Below are positions 43,050-51,020 of a DNA stretch of 53,260 nt, piece after piece. A program made the translations under genes and the position numbers. The notes under the pieces are model-generated. The model was not told where the DNA came from, did no database searches, and saw only the letters and a list, made by a program, of their open reading frames with translations. This DNA comes from a virus (taxonomy: Duplodnaviria; Caudoviricetes), in the IMG/VR virus record IMGVR_UViG_3300031983_000023, positions 1 through 53,260 of that record. The stretch is one strand, 5' to 3'. Each line of letters opens with the position of its first letter. Position 1 is the stretch's first letter.

Positions 43050-44132
43050 TCATACCTTGAGCTCCTCTTGCTTTTCCTCCGCCGGTTTCTCCAGAAGCTT
43101 CTTGTCCTCCCCGGCGAAAACCTTGCGGACGAGCTTCTCCGCCTTCCCCTGCAGGTCCTCCCGCCTGGGGACCGCCGGCGGCTTCGCCCCGACCAGCTTG
43201 TAGGCTCTTTCTATTATCCAGCCTATGTGCGGGTGGGCTTCTATCAAGGGCTCCCATCCCTGGCGGTGCGCGGCGGGTTCCCCCTCGGATCCCCCCATGT
43301 GGCAGCCGGTACACAGCCTGATGCGGTTGCGCGGGTCGGTGTTGGACCCCCCGGCCTCGTGCGTGACCACGTGGGCGAGCTGCCCCTCGCCAACCTCGAG
43401 GTGGACGAAACAGGCCTCGCAGTAGTTCACCCGCTCCGTATAGTCCCTGATGGTCTTGTACGCCGCGGGGTCGATCTTCTGCCTTCCCCTCCACCAGGCC
43501 CACTCCCGCCAGTACTTCCGTATCGCTATCGAGGAGTCGAAGCTGATCCCGGTCATGGGCGACAGCTCCCCGAAAATGCCCCCCACCATCTTGCTGAACT
43601 CGGTAGTGTCCATGCTGTGCGACCGCTTGGGGACGAGCGCGAACAAAATCCTGTGCTTGTGCTCCATCCACACGTTCCAGGCGGTCAGGTCGCCGGCCTC
43701 CCAGGAAACTACGCGGTGCACGTGGAAATCGGACGGCCCGATAATCTGCGTCGTTTCGCCGTTGCCGAGCCTGTCCGCCGTGTATAGGTGAGAGTGCTTT
43801 TCCTTTTCCTCTGTCATAGTTTCCCGCTGCAGCTTCGACCGGACTCTCGGCGCGTACCGGAGCAGGATCCCCTCGTGGTACTCCTCCTCGAACCCGAAGG
43901 CGCCCTCCTGCTCGTAGGCGTATATCCGCACCAGCGCCCAATAGAGCCGGTTTTGCCCGGAGGTCCGCCGTGGCTTCCAGAAACCGAAATTCCCCTCCAT
44001 GACGGGATTGCCCCTTCTCCGTATCTCGTTAAACAGGGCCTTCGCCTCCTTGCTGCTGTCGGGCCGCACCTTGAACATTATCACGTCCCTCTTGCCGCTT
44101 TTCAGCGGATCGAGCAGTAGCGACGTCACCAT
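43050..44132 (-). CDS. NinB-like + HNH fusion protein
   Basis: RTSGQNRLYWALV and SHSMDTTEFS (NinB-like); CEAC...AHV...N..RLCTGCH (HNH). Confidence 0.65.
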   Translation of the reverse strand: MVTSLLLDPLKSGKRDVIMFKVRPDSSKEAKALFNEIRRRGNPVMEGNFGFWKPRRTSGQNRLYWALVRIYAYEQEGAFGFEEEYHEGILLRYAPRVRSKLQRETMTEEKEKHSHLYTADRLGNGETTQIIGPSDFHVHRVVSWEAGDLTAWNVWMEHKHRILFALVPKRSHSMDTTEFSKMVGGIFGELSPMTGISFDSSIAIRKYWREWAWWRGRQKIDPAAYKTIRDYTERVNYCEACFVHLEVGEGQLAHVVTHEAGGSNTDPRNRIRLCTGCHMGGSEGEPAAHRQGWEPLIEAHPHIGWIIERAYKLVGAKPPAVPRREDLQGKAEKLVRKVFAGEDKKLLEKPAEEKQEELKV

Positions 44133-44887
44133 CACTTCACCGCCTTTTCCAGGTCCTTGAGCCGACCCTCCAGCTTCCCCGGATCGTCCATGTCCTTGAT
44201 GCAGTCGTTCCACAGCTCGTTGGCCTCCTCCTGGGACACGATCTTGTCCGCGATCATTTGCTTGATCCTGGCGAATATCTCGTTACCCAGGCCCCTGATG
44301 CGGCTCTCCTTGTCCTCCCCGGGCGTCTTGTCCGCGGCGCCGGACCTGCCGGCGAACCTTTCTTTCCGCTCGCCCTTCTTTTCCTGGAAGCTCCCGAACA
44401 GCTCCTTGATCATAATGTTGATGAACGGTATCCCCACCATCCCCTCCAGGCCCCTCTTGAGGCCCCTGGTCACGGATATGCTCAGGGCGTCGTGGAACTT
44501 CCTTTCCGTGCTTCCCCCCTTCTGCTTCTTGCTCTTCGCCTCCACCTCGCTGGTGGAGCACCCTCCGGACTCCGTTATGTAGTGCTCGGGCTTCTCCCAC
44601 TCCCAGACCCTCACGTCGGAGGCTATGTTGACCACTTCCCCGGTCGTCACGTACTCGTGCCTCACCACTTCGTAGCCGAATCGCCCGACCTTGACGGCCT
44701 TGAGCGAGAAGTTGCGGGTAATCTCCACGTTGCCCTTGATTATGCAGAAGTCCACGTTGTGCTCGTCCTGCCTGAAGTCGAGGACCGGATTCCGGTCCAC
44801 CACCCGCAGCAGCTTCTCGTACAGCTCGATTTCCTGGACGGACAGGATGTCCGCCCTGTCCCTTACGGTAAGCTCGTTTTCTCCCAT
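44132..44887 (-). CDS. Hypothetical recombination-module protein (possible annealase)
   Basis: 251 aa, first gene after a promoter; SVTRGLKRGL helix reminiscent of Rad52/Sak/ERF-type proteins. Confidence 0.45.
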   Translation of the reverse strand: MGENELTVRDRADILSVQEIELYEKLLRVVDRNPVLDFRQDEHNVDFCIIKGNVEITRNFSLKAVKVGRFGYEVVRHEYVTTGEVVNIASDVRVWEWEKPEHYITESGGCSTSEVEAKSKKQKGGSTERKFHDALSISVTRGLKRGLEGMVGIPFINIMIKELFGSFQEKKGERKERFAGRSGAADKTPGEDKESRIRGLGNEIFARIKQMIADKIVSQEEANELWNDCIKDMDDPGKLEGRLKDLEKAVK

Positions 44888-44916
44888 GCTCTCCTCCTCG
44901 AAAGAAAAATCCCCTT

Positions 44917-44945
44917 ATTATACACTATTTTTTTGTCCTTAGCAA
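44917..44945 (-). promoter_or_regulatory. Promoter of the recombination/replication operon
   Basis: TTGCTA-N17-TATAAT. Confidence 0.7.
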
Positions 44946-44949
44946 GGCC

Positions 44950-44978
44950 TTGACAGGAAAACCCTCGGCGGATACTAT
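44950..44978 (+). promoter_or_regulatory. Divergent plus-strand promoter
   Basis: TTGACA-N17-TACTAT, near consensus. Confidence 0.7.
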
Positions 44979-45003
44979 TGCCGCATCGAGGGCTCTCCTC
45001 TCG

Positions 45004-45061
45004 AAAAAAAGGGATCTCGACCGCACCCTTCCCAGTCTGCGGCGAGACCCCTTCTATTTTT
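45004..45061. terminator. Bidirectional terminator after the DUF932 gene
   Basis: AAGGG-TCTCG-CCGCA / TGCGG-CGAGA-CCCTT stem with T-tracts on both strands. Confidence 0.7.
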
Positions 45062-46095
45062 CAGTCCACCAGCTCGGCCCATTCCTTCGCGTCCCCGGTC
45101 AGAACCTTGAACCCGATCTTCTCCAGGTCGTACTGCCGGTTGCGGTCCTCGAGGCCCTTCGCCATGGCCGTGATGCTCTGGCCCAGACCGTAGCGGGAGA
45201 AATCCTTGTCCCTTGCCATGCCCGCGATCAGTTCCTCGCCGGCCTTCTCCGAAAGGTCGTACTTTTTCCCCACCCTCTCGACCGTCTTTACGGGGTCCTC
45301 GATCTCATCCCCCTTCGCCCTCCGCATCTTGTTCACGGTCTGCTGGAAACCGGCGTCGGTGATCGCGAAGGACACCACGTCGCGGGTCCGCAGGCGGAAG
45401 CTCTCCAGCTCGGCCCTGATGGTGTCGTCCCTGTAGATGTTGTAGTCCTCCTCCAGCTCGCCGACCTTCCGGCCGACGTGCACCTTCCGGAGGACGCTCG
45501 CCCCGATGGCGCCGTTCTCGCACCACAGCCGCCAGATCAGCTCCTCCACCTCGTAGGAGCCCGCGCCTACCTCGCTGTTGCGGAACGTCAGCCCGGCCTG
45601 AACCACGTCCCCCACGGACACCTGCTCCTGCACCTTCGGAAAGACCACCTGCAGGTACATGCGGGTGTCGGTCAGCGTCGAGCTCACGACTTTCACCTCG
45701 TGCTCCTGGAGCGCCGGCAGGATCGCCCGCATCATCAGCCCGTTGTCGAGCGGCTTGAACTTGTCGCTCACCACCGCCCTGGCCGTCCCCTCCAGGGTCC
45801 GCACCAGCCTTCTCTCGTCCGGCCTCTTCCGCAGCAAGGCGTTGACGTTCAGCGCCCGGAGCTCCTCGACAGAGCCGATCCTGTCATAGTAGGCCCTGGG
45901 GATCTTGAGGTACTCGGCCAGCTGCCCGTGGGCGTACTGGTTGAGCGGATAATCCCCCTCCCCGTCGATTGCCAGCGTCCTGTTGTCGCCGACCATCCTC
46001 ATGCGACTGCCGGGCACGAGGAAATCGTCCTTCTGTTCCTCGAGCCTCTCCACCTCCGCCGCCAGGGCGGATATGCTCCCGAAGTTCCCGTTCAT
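45061..46095 (-). CDS. DUF932 domain protein
   Basis: RAVVSDKFKPLDN and GLTFRNSEVGAGS...RLWCENGAI motifs. Confidence 0.8.
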   Translation of the reverse strand: MNGNFGSISALAAEVERLEEQKDDFLVPGSRMRMVGDNRTLAIDGEGDYPLNQYAHGQLAEYLKIPRAYYDRIGSVEELRALNVNALLRKRPDERRLVRTLEGTARAVVSDKFKPLDNGLMMRAILPALQEHEVKVVSSTLTDTRMYLQVVFPKVQEQVSVGDVVQAGLTFRNSEVGAGSYEVEELIWRLWCENGAIGASVLRKVHVGRKVGELEEDYNIYRDDTIRAELESFRLRTRDVVSFAITDAGFQQTVNKMRRAKGDEIEDPVKTVERVGKKYDLSEKAGEELIAGMARDKDFSRYGLGQSITAMAKGLEDRNRQYDLEKIGFKVLTGDAKEWAELVD

Positions 46096-46195
46096 TTTGA
46101 GAACCCTCCTCTGTATATGGTATATTTCGGCGCAACGCGCCTATTTCGAGGGCGGGAATCGAGCCCGCCAGGGCCTCTTGGCCCCGCTTCCTGCC

Positions 46196-46247
46196 AAAAA
46201 AAGGGAGTCCGCTCAGGGGAAGCCTGGGGGCTTCCCTGAGCGATCCC
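46196..46247 (-). terminator. Intrinsic terminator upstream of DUF932
   Basis: GGGA.CGCTCAGGGAAGCC / GGCTTCCCCTGAGCG..TCCC followed by T7 on the minus strand. Confidence 0.7.
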
Positions 46248-46877
46248 TGAAAAACCCGGTATAGTTTGACCTTTACTGCCCTGAAAATGGCTCCTGGACC
46301 CCTTCACGTTCGTGTTTTTATCCGGTCATGAGGTCGGTTCGGATCCACACCGTGATGTCGGTGTATTTCTGCCCGCACTGGCCGCAGGCCCGGTTTTCCT
46401 CTTCCTTCTCCAGCTTTTCTATGTCGGACGTCGAGCCGTAGAGTCCGCTGACCATCATTTTCGCGTCCTCCGGGTACATTTCCAACGCCCGCGTCAGATC
46501 CCTCACGGTTCTGATCATGACTTCTCCTCGCCGCCAGTTCCCTGGCAGCCGGCGCAGGTCCTCGGATACCCCGGCGGGTCCGGCGCCTCTTCGTCCCCGT
46601 CCGGTATCATGTCGTACATTATCTCGCCGCATTCCTGGCAGAGCGTCCCCTCAAACACCATGTCCGCAATCTCCCCCATCTTCGCCTCTCTCGTCCATGC
46701 TTTCGTAGATTTCCAGAAGGTCCTGAATGTCCGCCAGGGCCAACCGCAGCCCCTTCTCGCAGCCCCCCAGCCCGAAGTCCTTCCCGAACAGCTCGTCGGC
46801 CCTCGCCGCCGTCAGCCGGACAAGCTCGGCCTGCCCGGAGACGGCGGTTGCGAGGTCCCTCAGCCTTTCCCGCGTTC

Positions 46878-47249
46878 TCACCTCACCTGCTCCGCTATGC
46901 ACTCGGCGGCGAACAGGGAGACGGACTTGTCGGCCTTCTTGGCTGCCTTCCGCAGGAGCCCCAGGTCCACGGGGTCGATCGCCACGGAAATCTTGGCCTT
47001 GGCGATCTTCGGTTTCGCCTTCGCGGCTTTCGGCTCCGCCTTCTTTGCCTTCGCCTTGGGCTTCGCCTTCGGGTTTTCCTTCGGCGTCCTCAGCGTTCCG
47101 TCCTCCAGGATGTCGAAAGCGCCCTTGATCACCTCCGGCAGCCCCTCGGCCGGATTCTTTACTGTCCCGATCGCTCCCAGCTCGTCGCGGGCCGAAATCG
47201 ATCCCTTGAAACCGCGAACCTCCGCACTCTTCTCTTTGACACTTTCCAT
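46878..47249 (-). CDS. Lys/Ala-rich protein with C-terminal ribbon-helix-helix-like segment
   Basis: KAKPKAKAKKAEPKAAKAKPK, then ISVAIDP..LLRKAAKKADKSVSLFAAECI. Confidence 0.55.
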   Translation of the reverse strand: MESVKEKSAEVRGFKGSISARDELGAIGTVKNPAEGLPEVIKGAFDILEDGTLRTPKENPKAKPKAKAKKAEPKAAKAKPKIAKAKISVAIDPVDLGLLRKAAKKADKSVSLFAAECIAEQVR

Positions 47250-47340
47250 AGTAGTGCCCTCCTCTAAAATTGGGTTGAGCGGAGGGGGAGGAACCGTCCT
47301 CCCCCCGGCGGGGATTCTCCGCCGCCTCCCTTGCCCCATT

Positions 47341-47562
47341 TTACCAGCCCCACTTGAACATCTTGAGCTCGAAGGTTTTCCTGTCTTTCCGCCTCTTTTC
47401 GACCAGCTCCCGGCTCTCGCAGTTTAAGTCCGTTTTTTCCCGCCGATGCTTCCTCTCCTCCTCGCTGTGCGGCACCTCGTAGGCTCGGCACTGGCCCTGC
47501 CAGCACTGGCCGCAGCCCTCGCAGACGGAATCCGGCACGTTTCTGAGCTTGTGTTGAATCAT
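47341..47562 (-). CDS. Small Cys-rich hypothetical protein
   Basis: 73 aa, GGAGGAGG RBS. Confidence 0.55.
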   Translation of the reverse strand: MIQHKLRNVPDSVCEGCGQCWQGQCRAYEVPHSEEERKHRREKTDLNCESRELVEKRRKDRKTFELKMFKWGW

Positions 47563-47582
47563 CTTGTCCTCCTCCCAGCAGC

Positions 47583-48116
47583 CTACTTCGCCAGGTTCTC
47601 CCGGAGGAACTTGACCTCCTCGTCGGTCAGCGCAACTCCGGCTGCGGCCTTCGCAGTCACGACCTCGGCCATGGAGAACTCCTTGAGCGTATTCCTGATG
47701 ATGCTTTCCATAAAATCGAACTGGTCAGTTCCCGAAAGTGCCGCGGGCGGCTCCCGCACCACCACGAATGCTCTTGCCATCCTCTCGCGGAACTCGGCCG
47801 CAGCCTTCTGGAAGGCCATGTTCACGGTGAGCGCCTCGTCCACCTTGTCCCGGAGCACCTTGATCTCCAGCTCCAGCTCCCCGACTTGCTTTCCCTTTTC
47901 CATCGCCTTCTCCACGTCCGTTTCGTGGAAGATCGGGAAATCGTCCTTGATGTTCTGCACCATCAATTCCACCTCGTCCTCGTTGAATTGTTCGTGGAAG
48001 TACGTGTCGCCCGCCCCCAGCTTCTCGATCGCCAGCATCTCCAGGGCTTTGTCCCAGTCCTCGAGCTCCATTTTCGCCAGCGCCTTTGTCAGATCCTCGT
48101 GATGTTTTTTTACCAT
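47583..48116 (-). CDS. Hypothetical early protein
   Basis: Start MVKKHHED at 48116 with GAGAGGAG RBS; the longer ORF call overlaps the tRNA. Confidence 0.65.
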   Translation of the reverse strand: MVKKHHEDLTKALAKMELEDWDKALEMLAIEKLGAGDTYFHEQFNEDEVELMVQNIKDDFPIFHETDVEKAMEKGKQVGELELEIKVLRDKVDEALTVNMAFQKAAAEFRERMARAFVVVREPPAALSGTDQFDFMESIIRNTLKEFSMAEVVTAKAAAGVALTDEEVKFLRENLAK

Positions 48117-48157
48117 GTCGGTCTCCTCTCGCGTTTTACGCCCGCCGGCGGATTTTC

Positions 48158-48230
48158 TGGAGAAGGCGGGAATCGAACCCGCCGCAGTCTGCTTGCAAAG
48201 CAATCTCGCCACCTTGGAACATGCTCCCCC
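48158..48230 (-). tRNA. tRNA-Ala(TGC), atypical D-arm, CCA not encoded
   Basis: Acceptor GGGGGAG/CTTCTCC with G3:U70 and A73; anticodon loop TT-TGC-AA; T-arm GCGGG-TTCGATT-CCCGC. Confidence 0.8.
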
Positions 48231-48419
48231 AGTGTTTCCCTTCCCATGCCTCCCGAACTCGGCCCTCTCCTTTCCCGGGCCCCGTCCGGCGTTCTCGGCT
48301 TCCCCTTCCTCTTTCCCCCCGGCTCCTGATACAAGGTTTCCTCCCGCATGGTCTCAGCCTTTCGGCGTTCCCTGTATCCCTTCCCCGGTGCTTGTCAAAT
48401 ATCCTCTAATAACTATACC

Positions 48420-48449
48420 ATAATAGGGGAAAAATATCCTATCTGTCAA
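48420..48449 (-). promoter_or_regulatory. Early promoter
   Basis: TTGACA-N18-TATTAT in an AT-rich gap; AGGATATTT occurs twice nearby (possible operator). Confidence 0.6.
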
Positions 48450-48541
48450 CCGCATGGGGGTGAAAAAAGTGTGATTTTTTGCCTTTTTTTTCGAAAAATG
48501 ACTTAACGAATGGATGGTCGATTCGCCGCAGTTTCGGCCGC

Positions 48542-49081
48542 TCAGCGGAAGGCCAGGGCCCCCAAGACAATGCCCAGCACGAAGGCGGCCGGGATCCCCA
48601 GCTTCGCCACCAGGCCGAGGATCCGGCTACGGCTCTCCGCCGTCTCCGCTGCCATCTTGAAGGGCTTCACGGTACTCTCGAAACTCTCGGAGAGCTCGCT
48701 CACTTTCTGCTCTGATTTCGCCAGCAAGGACGAGAGCTCTGCCGCCTGCTGCTCCGCCCTCTTTGATCTCCCGACTGAGCTCTCGAGCTCTTGCCTCAGC
48801 CCGGATAGCTCGCTCCTCAGCCCCGCGAGCTCGGTCCGCAGTTCGCTCGCGCGCCTCTCGCTCCTCTCGAAGCTGCCCTGCCAGGCCAGCAGCTCTTTCT
48901 CCAGCGTCGCGGATTTCCTCGTCAAGGAGATCAATCTCAGTTCTATGCTGTTCAGCCGCTCGTTCTCCGTCAGCGAGAAGATCGGCGATGGCAGCAGAAG
49001 CAAAATGCCGCATGCCAAAATAGAAAATGGCCGCCCCAAATAATAGACCAATCGCGAAAGCCAACAAGATCCATTTAGCAC
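48542..49081 (-). CDS. Spanin-like coiled-coil protein B (N-terminal hydrophobic segment and C-terminal TM)
   Basis: Overlaps protein A in another frame; heptad coiled coil; hydrophobic C-terminus. Confidence 0.55.
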   Translation of the reverse strand: MLNGSCWLSRLVYYLGRPFSILACGILLLLPSPIFSLTENERLNSIELRLISLTRKSATLEKELLAWQGSFERSERRASELRTELAGLRSELSGLRQELESSVGRSKRAEQQAAELSSLLAKSEQKVSELSESFESTVKPFKMAAETAESRSRILGLVAKLGIPAAFVLGIVLGALAFR

Positions 49082-49085
49082 GCAT
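48627..49085 (-). CDS. Inner-membrane spanin-like protein A
   Basis: N-terminal TM (WILLAFAIGLLFGAAIFYFG) then coiled coil; end of the lysis module. Confidence 0.65.
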   Translation of the reverse strand: MRAKWILLAFAIGLLFGAAIFYFGMRHFASAAIADLLADGERAAEQHRTEIDLLDEEIRDAGERAAGLAGQLREEREARERTADRARGAEERAIRAEARARELSREIKEGGAAGGRALVLAGEIRAESERALREFREYREALQDGSGDGGEP

Positions 49086-49778
49086 TTATCCTTCCACCCA
49101 CATTCTTCCGCTTAAAACATTATAAATACTTGATAAATTGATATTCAAATAACGCGCAATCTCATTTGCGCTCATACCTTGATTTCCAAGAGTTCTTATT
49201 TCCTGTGCCTTTTCTATACTCAATTTGATACCTTTGCGATTTCGATTATTTTCTATAGGCAAAGCCCATCGACAATTAGCCGGCTCATAATTACCATTAT
49301 TATAGATTCGGTCTATTCCGTGTTTAGAACTAGGTAGACTTCCCATATCCCGATAGAAAGCTGTAAATGAATTTTTCCATTCCTCGCAAACAGTAATACC
49401 GCGGCCCCCATAGTACCGATACATGTTGTTTTTAGGATTATTGCATCTTTGGCGCATGCCCTTCCAGGTCTTATATACCCTGGTGCCTACCATTTCATGT
49501 TGCTCTGATTTGATTCGCAATCTACCAGATACCCCCGGATCGCCATATTTCCGCCAACGGAAATAATGCATGTCGCACATTCCGCGCCTCGCGCCTTCCC
49601 GTTCGCATCCAGCCACGATACATATTTTTCTGTCTTTCTTTCTTTCATAATATTTTTTCAATCTATTTGGTTTCCCTGGGTTACCATGGCTCAGCCATCG
49701 GCGATAGTGCATACCACACATCCCGCGACATCTAATCTTTTTCTCACATCCAATCACGCTACATACTTTTTCCATCAT
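49086..49778 (-). CDS. HNH homing-endonuclease-like protein
   Basis: Two C..GC....RGMC.MHY repeats, WKGMRQRC.NP...YGGRGITVCEEW, IDRIYNNGNYEPANCRWA, C-terminal HTH; AT-rich. Confidence 0.85.
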   Translation of the reverse strand: MMEKVCSVIGCEKKIRCRGMCGMHYRRWLSHGNPGKPNRLKKYYERKKDRKICIVAGCEREGARRGMCDMHYFRWRKYGDPGVSGRLRIKSEQHEMVGTRVYKTWKGMRQRCNNPKNNMYRYYGGRGITVCEEWKNSFTAFYRDMGSLPSSKHGIDRIYNNGNYEPANCRWALPIENNRNRKGIKLSIEKAQEIRTLGNQGMSANEIARYLNINLSSIYNVLSGRMWVEG

Positions 49779-49909
49779 TTGTTTTCCTTTACAGCTTTTT
49801 CGATGAGCTGATTAAGCAAAACATTCATGGATACATCTTTTTCTACTGCAAGATGCCGTAGTTTTTTGTGGACATCATCCGGCACATTCCGAATCATTAT
49901 AGTTTTCAT
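49775..49909 (-). CDS. Arc/ribbon-helix-helix repressor (44 aa)
   Basis: MKTIMIRNVPDDVHKKLRHLAVEKDVSMNVLL. Confidence 0.8.
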   Translation of the reverse strand: MKTIMIRNVPDDVHKKLRHLAVEKDVSMNVLLNQLIEKAVKENK

Positions 49910-49915
49910 GCTGAC

Positions 49916-49944
49916 AGTATAATTAAAGCTTACTATGCTGTCAA
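49916..49944 (-). promoter_or_regulatory. Promoter of the RHH-HNH cassette (leaderless)
   Basis: TTGACA-N17-TATACT, 6 nt before the ATG; TGACAG/CTGTCA inverted repeat. Confidence 0.75.
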
Positions 49945-49956
49945 GTATCCTTTTCC

Positions 49957-50166
49957 TCAGCCTCCCCCGTTCTCGTACCTCTTCTGGATCCCCTTCACGC
50001 CGATGCCGACGGCCGCAAGGGCGGTGCCCGATATCACGGCCTGGGCCATCGAGCAGGCCAGGCCCCCGATCGCCACGGCCGCGCCCAGGCAAAAACACGC
50101 GAAGGCCAGCAGCCTGACCATGCTCAGGTTGCCCTTGTCGTCCCGAAAAAATCCGTCTCGGTTCAT
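49957..50166 (-). CDS. Holin-like protein (2 TM)
   Basis: FFRDDKGNLSMVRLL start, two hydrophobic helices, basic tail; coupled to the endolysin. Confidence 0.7.
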   Translation of the reverse strand: MNRDGFFRDDKGNLSMVRLLAFACFCLGAAVAIGGLACSMAQAVISGTALAAVGIGVKGIQKRYENGGG

Positions 50167-50699
50167 TCCAGCATCCTCCCCACCTTCCTCTTGAACTCTG
50201 TGAACTCCTCCGGGTGCGCGACGTACCACGGCGGGCAGTCCTTTTTCACTATGTTGTTGTGCATCAGGATGTCTTTCTCCGGGTCCAGGCCGAACTCTGC
50301 ACACCAGATCGCGCACAGCCCCATGGCGTACCGGACGGTTTTCTCGCGGAACCACCCCCTCCAGTCGGGATGGCAGAGCTCTATTCCCAGCACGTAGTGA
50401 TTCGGGTATCTCTCGCCGAAGCGGAACACCTTGTAGGCGGTGTACTCGAACCCGCCCTTGCCGACGTGGAAGGCCACCTCGTCGGACGGCACGGCGAGCA
50501 CTATGTCCCGGTCGTCTACGATCGCATGCGCGGAGCCGTACTTTTTCAGGCCTTTGAGGGTCTCGAAGTAGTCCCGGTTGAACATGGCGTCCGTTCTCGG
50601 ATTCGCAACCCAGTGGATGGCTATGGCCTCCGGACTGAACAGGGCCTTTCGCCCGGGCCGCGAGAACTTGTTCGGAGTCAGGTATTTTTCTATGATCAT
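50163..50699 (-). CDS. Endolysin, N-acetylmuramoyl-L-alanine amidase (Amidase_2)
   Basis: IAIHWVAN, SAHAIVD, AFHVG, LGIELC, H...KDCP motifs. Confidence 0.92.
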   Translation of the reverse strand: MIIEKYLTPNKFSRPGRKALFSPEAIAIHWVANPRTDAMFNRDYFETLKGLKKYGSAHAIVDDRDIVLAVPSDEVAFHVGKGGFEYTAYKVFRFGERYPNHYVLGIELCHPDWRGWFREKTVRYAMGLCAIWCAEFGLDPEKDILMHNNIVKKDCPPWYVAHPEEFTEFKRKVGRMLE

Positions 50700-50712
50700 C
50701 GCCTGCCGCCTC

Positions 50713-51015
50713 TCAAAGAAAAATTATCAGCAGCGCCCCCGCCGCCATGAATATCGTCGAGATGATGCCCACGGTGAGCATGAGCTCGCCCCTGGTGACG
50801 GAGCGCGCCTGGGCTTTCCACAGCTGTCGTATGTCCTCGAGTACCCCGCCGCCGTTGCCCATGACGCCCTTGAGCCACTCCATGGTCCCGTATGTCTTGA
50901 CCAGCAGCTCGCGGTCGGAGAGCTTCTGCGCCTCCTTGTTGGCCTCCTCGAGGAACTCCTTGATCGACAGTTCCCGTGTCTCTTCCGGTTTCGTCCGGCC
51001 GTCTTTTTTTCTCAT
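50713..51015 (-). CDS. Membrane protein with C-terminal TM (holin/XhlA-like)
   Basis: 100 aa directly upstream of the endolysin. Confidence 0.55.
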   Translation of the reverse strand: MRKKDGRTKPEETRELSIKEFLEEANKEAQKLSDRELLVKTYGTMEWLKGVMGNGGGVLEDIRQLWKAQARSVTRGELMLTVGIISTIFMAAGALLIIFL

Positions 51016-51020
51016 GCCTG

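Noticed and set aside
48330-48385. TPP riboswitch
   Set aside because: Only the hairpin + TGAGA half resembles it; the pyrophosphate-binding half is not evident.
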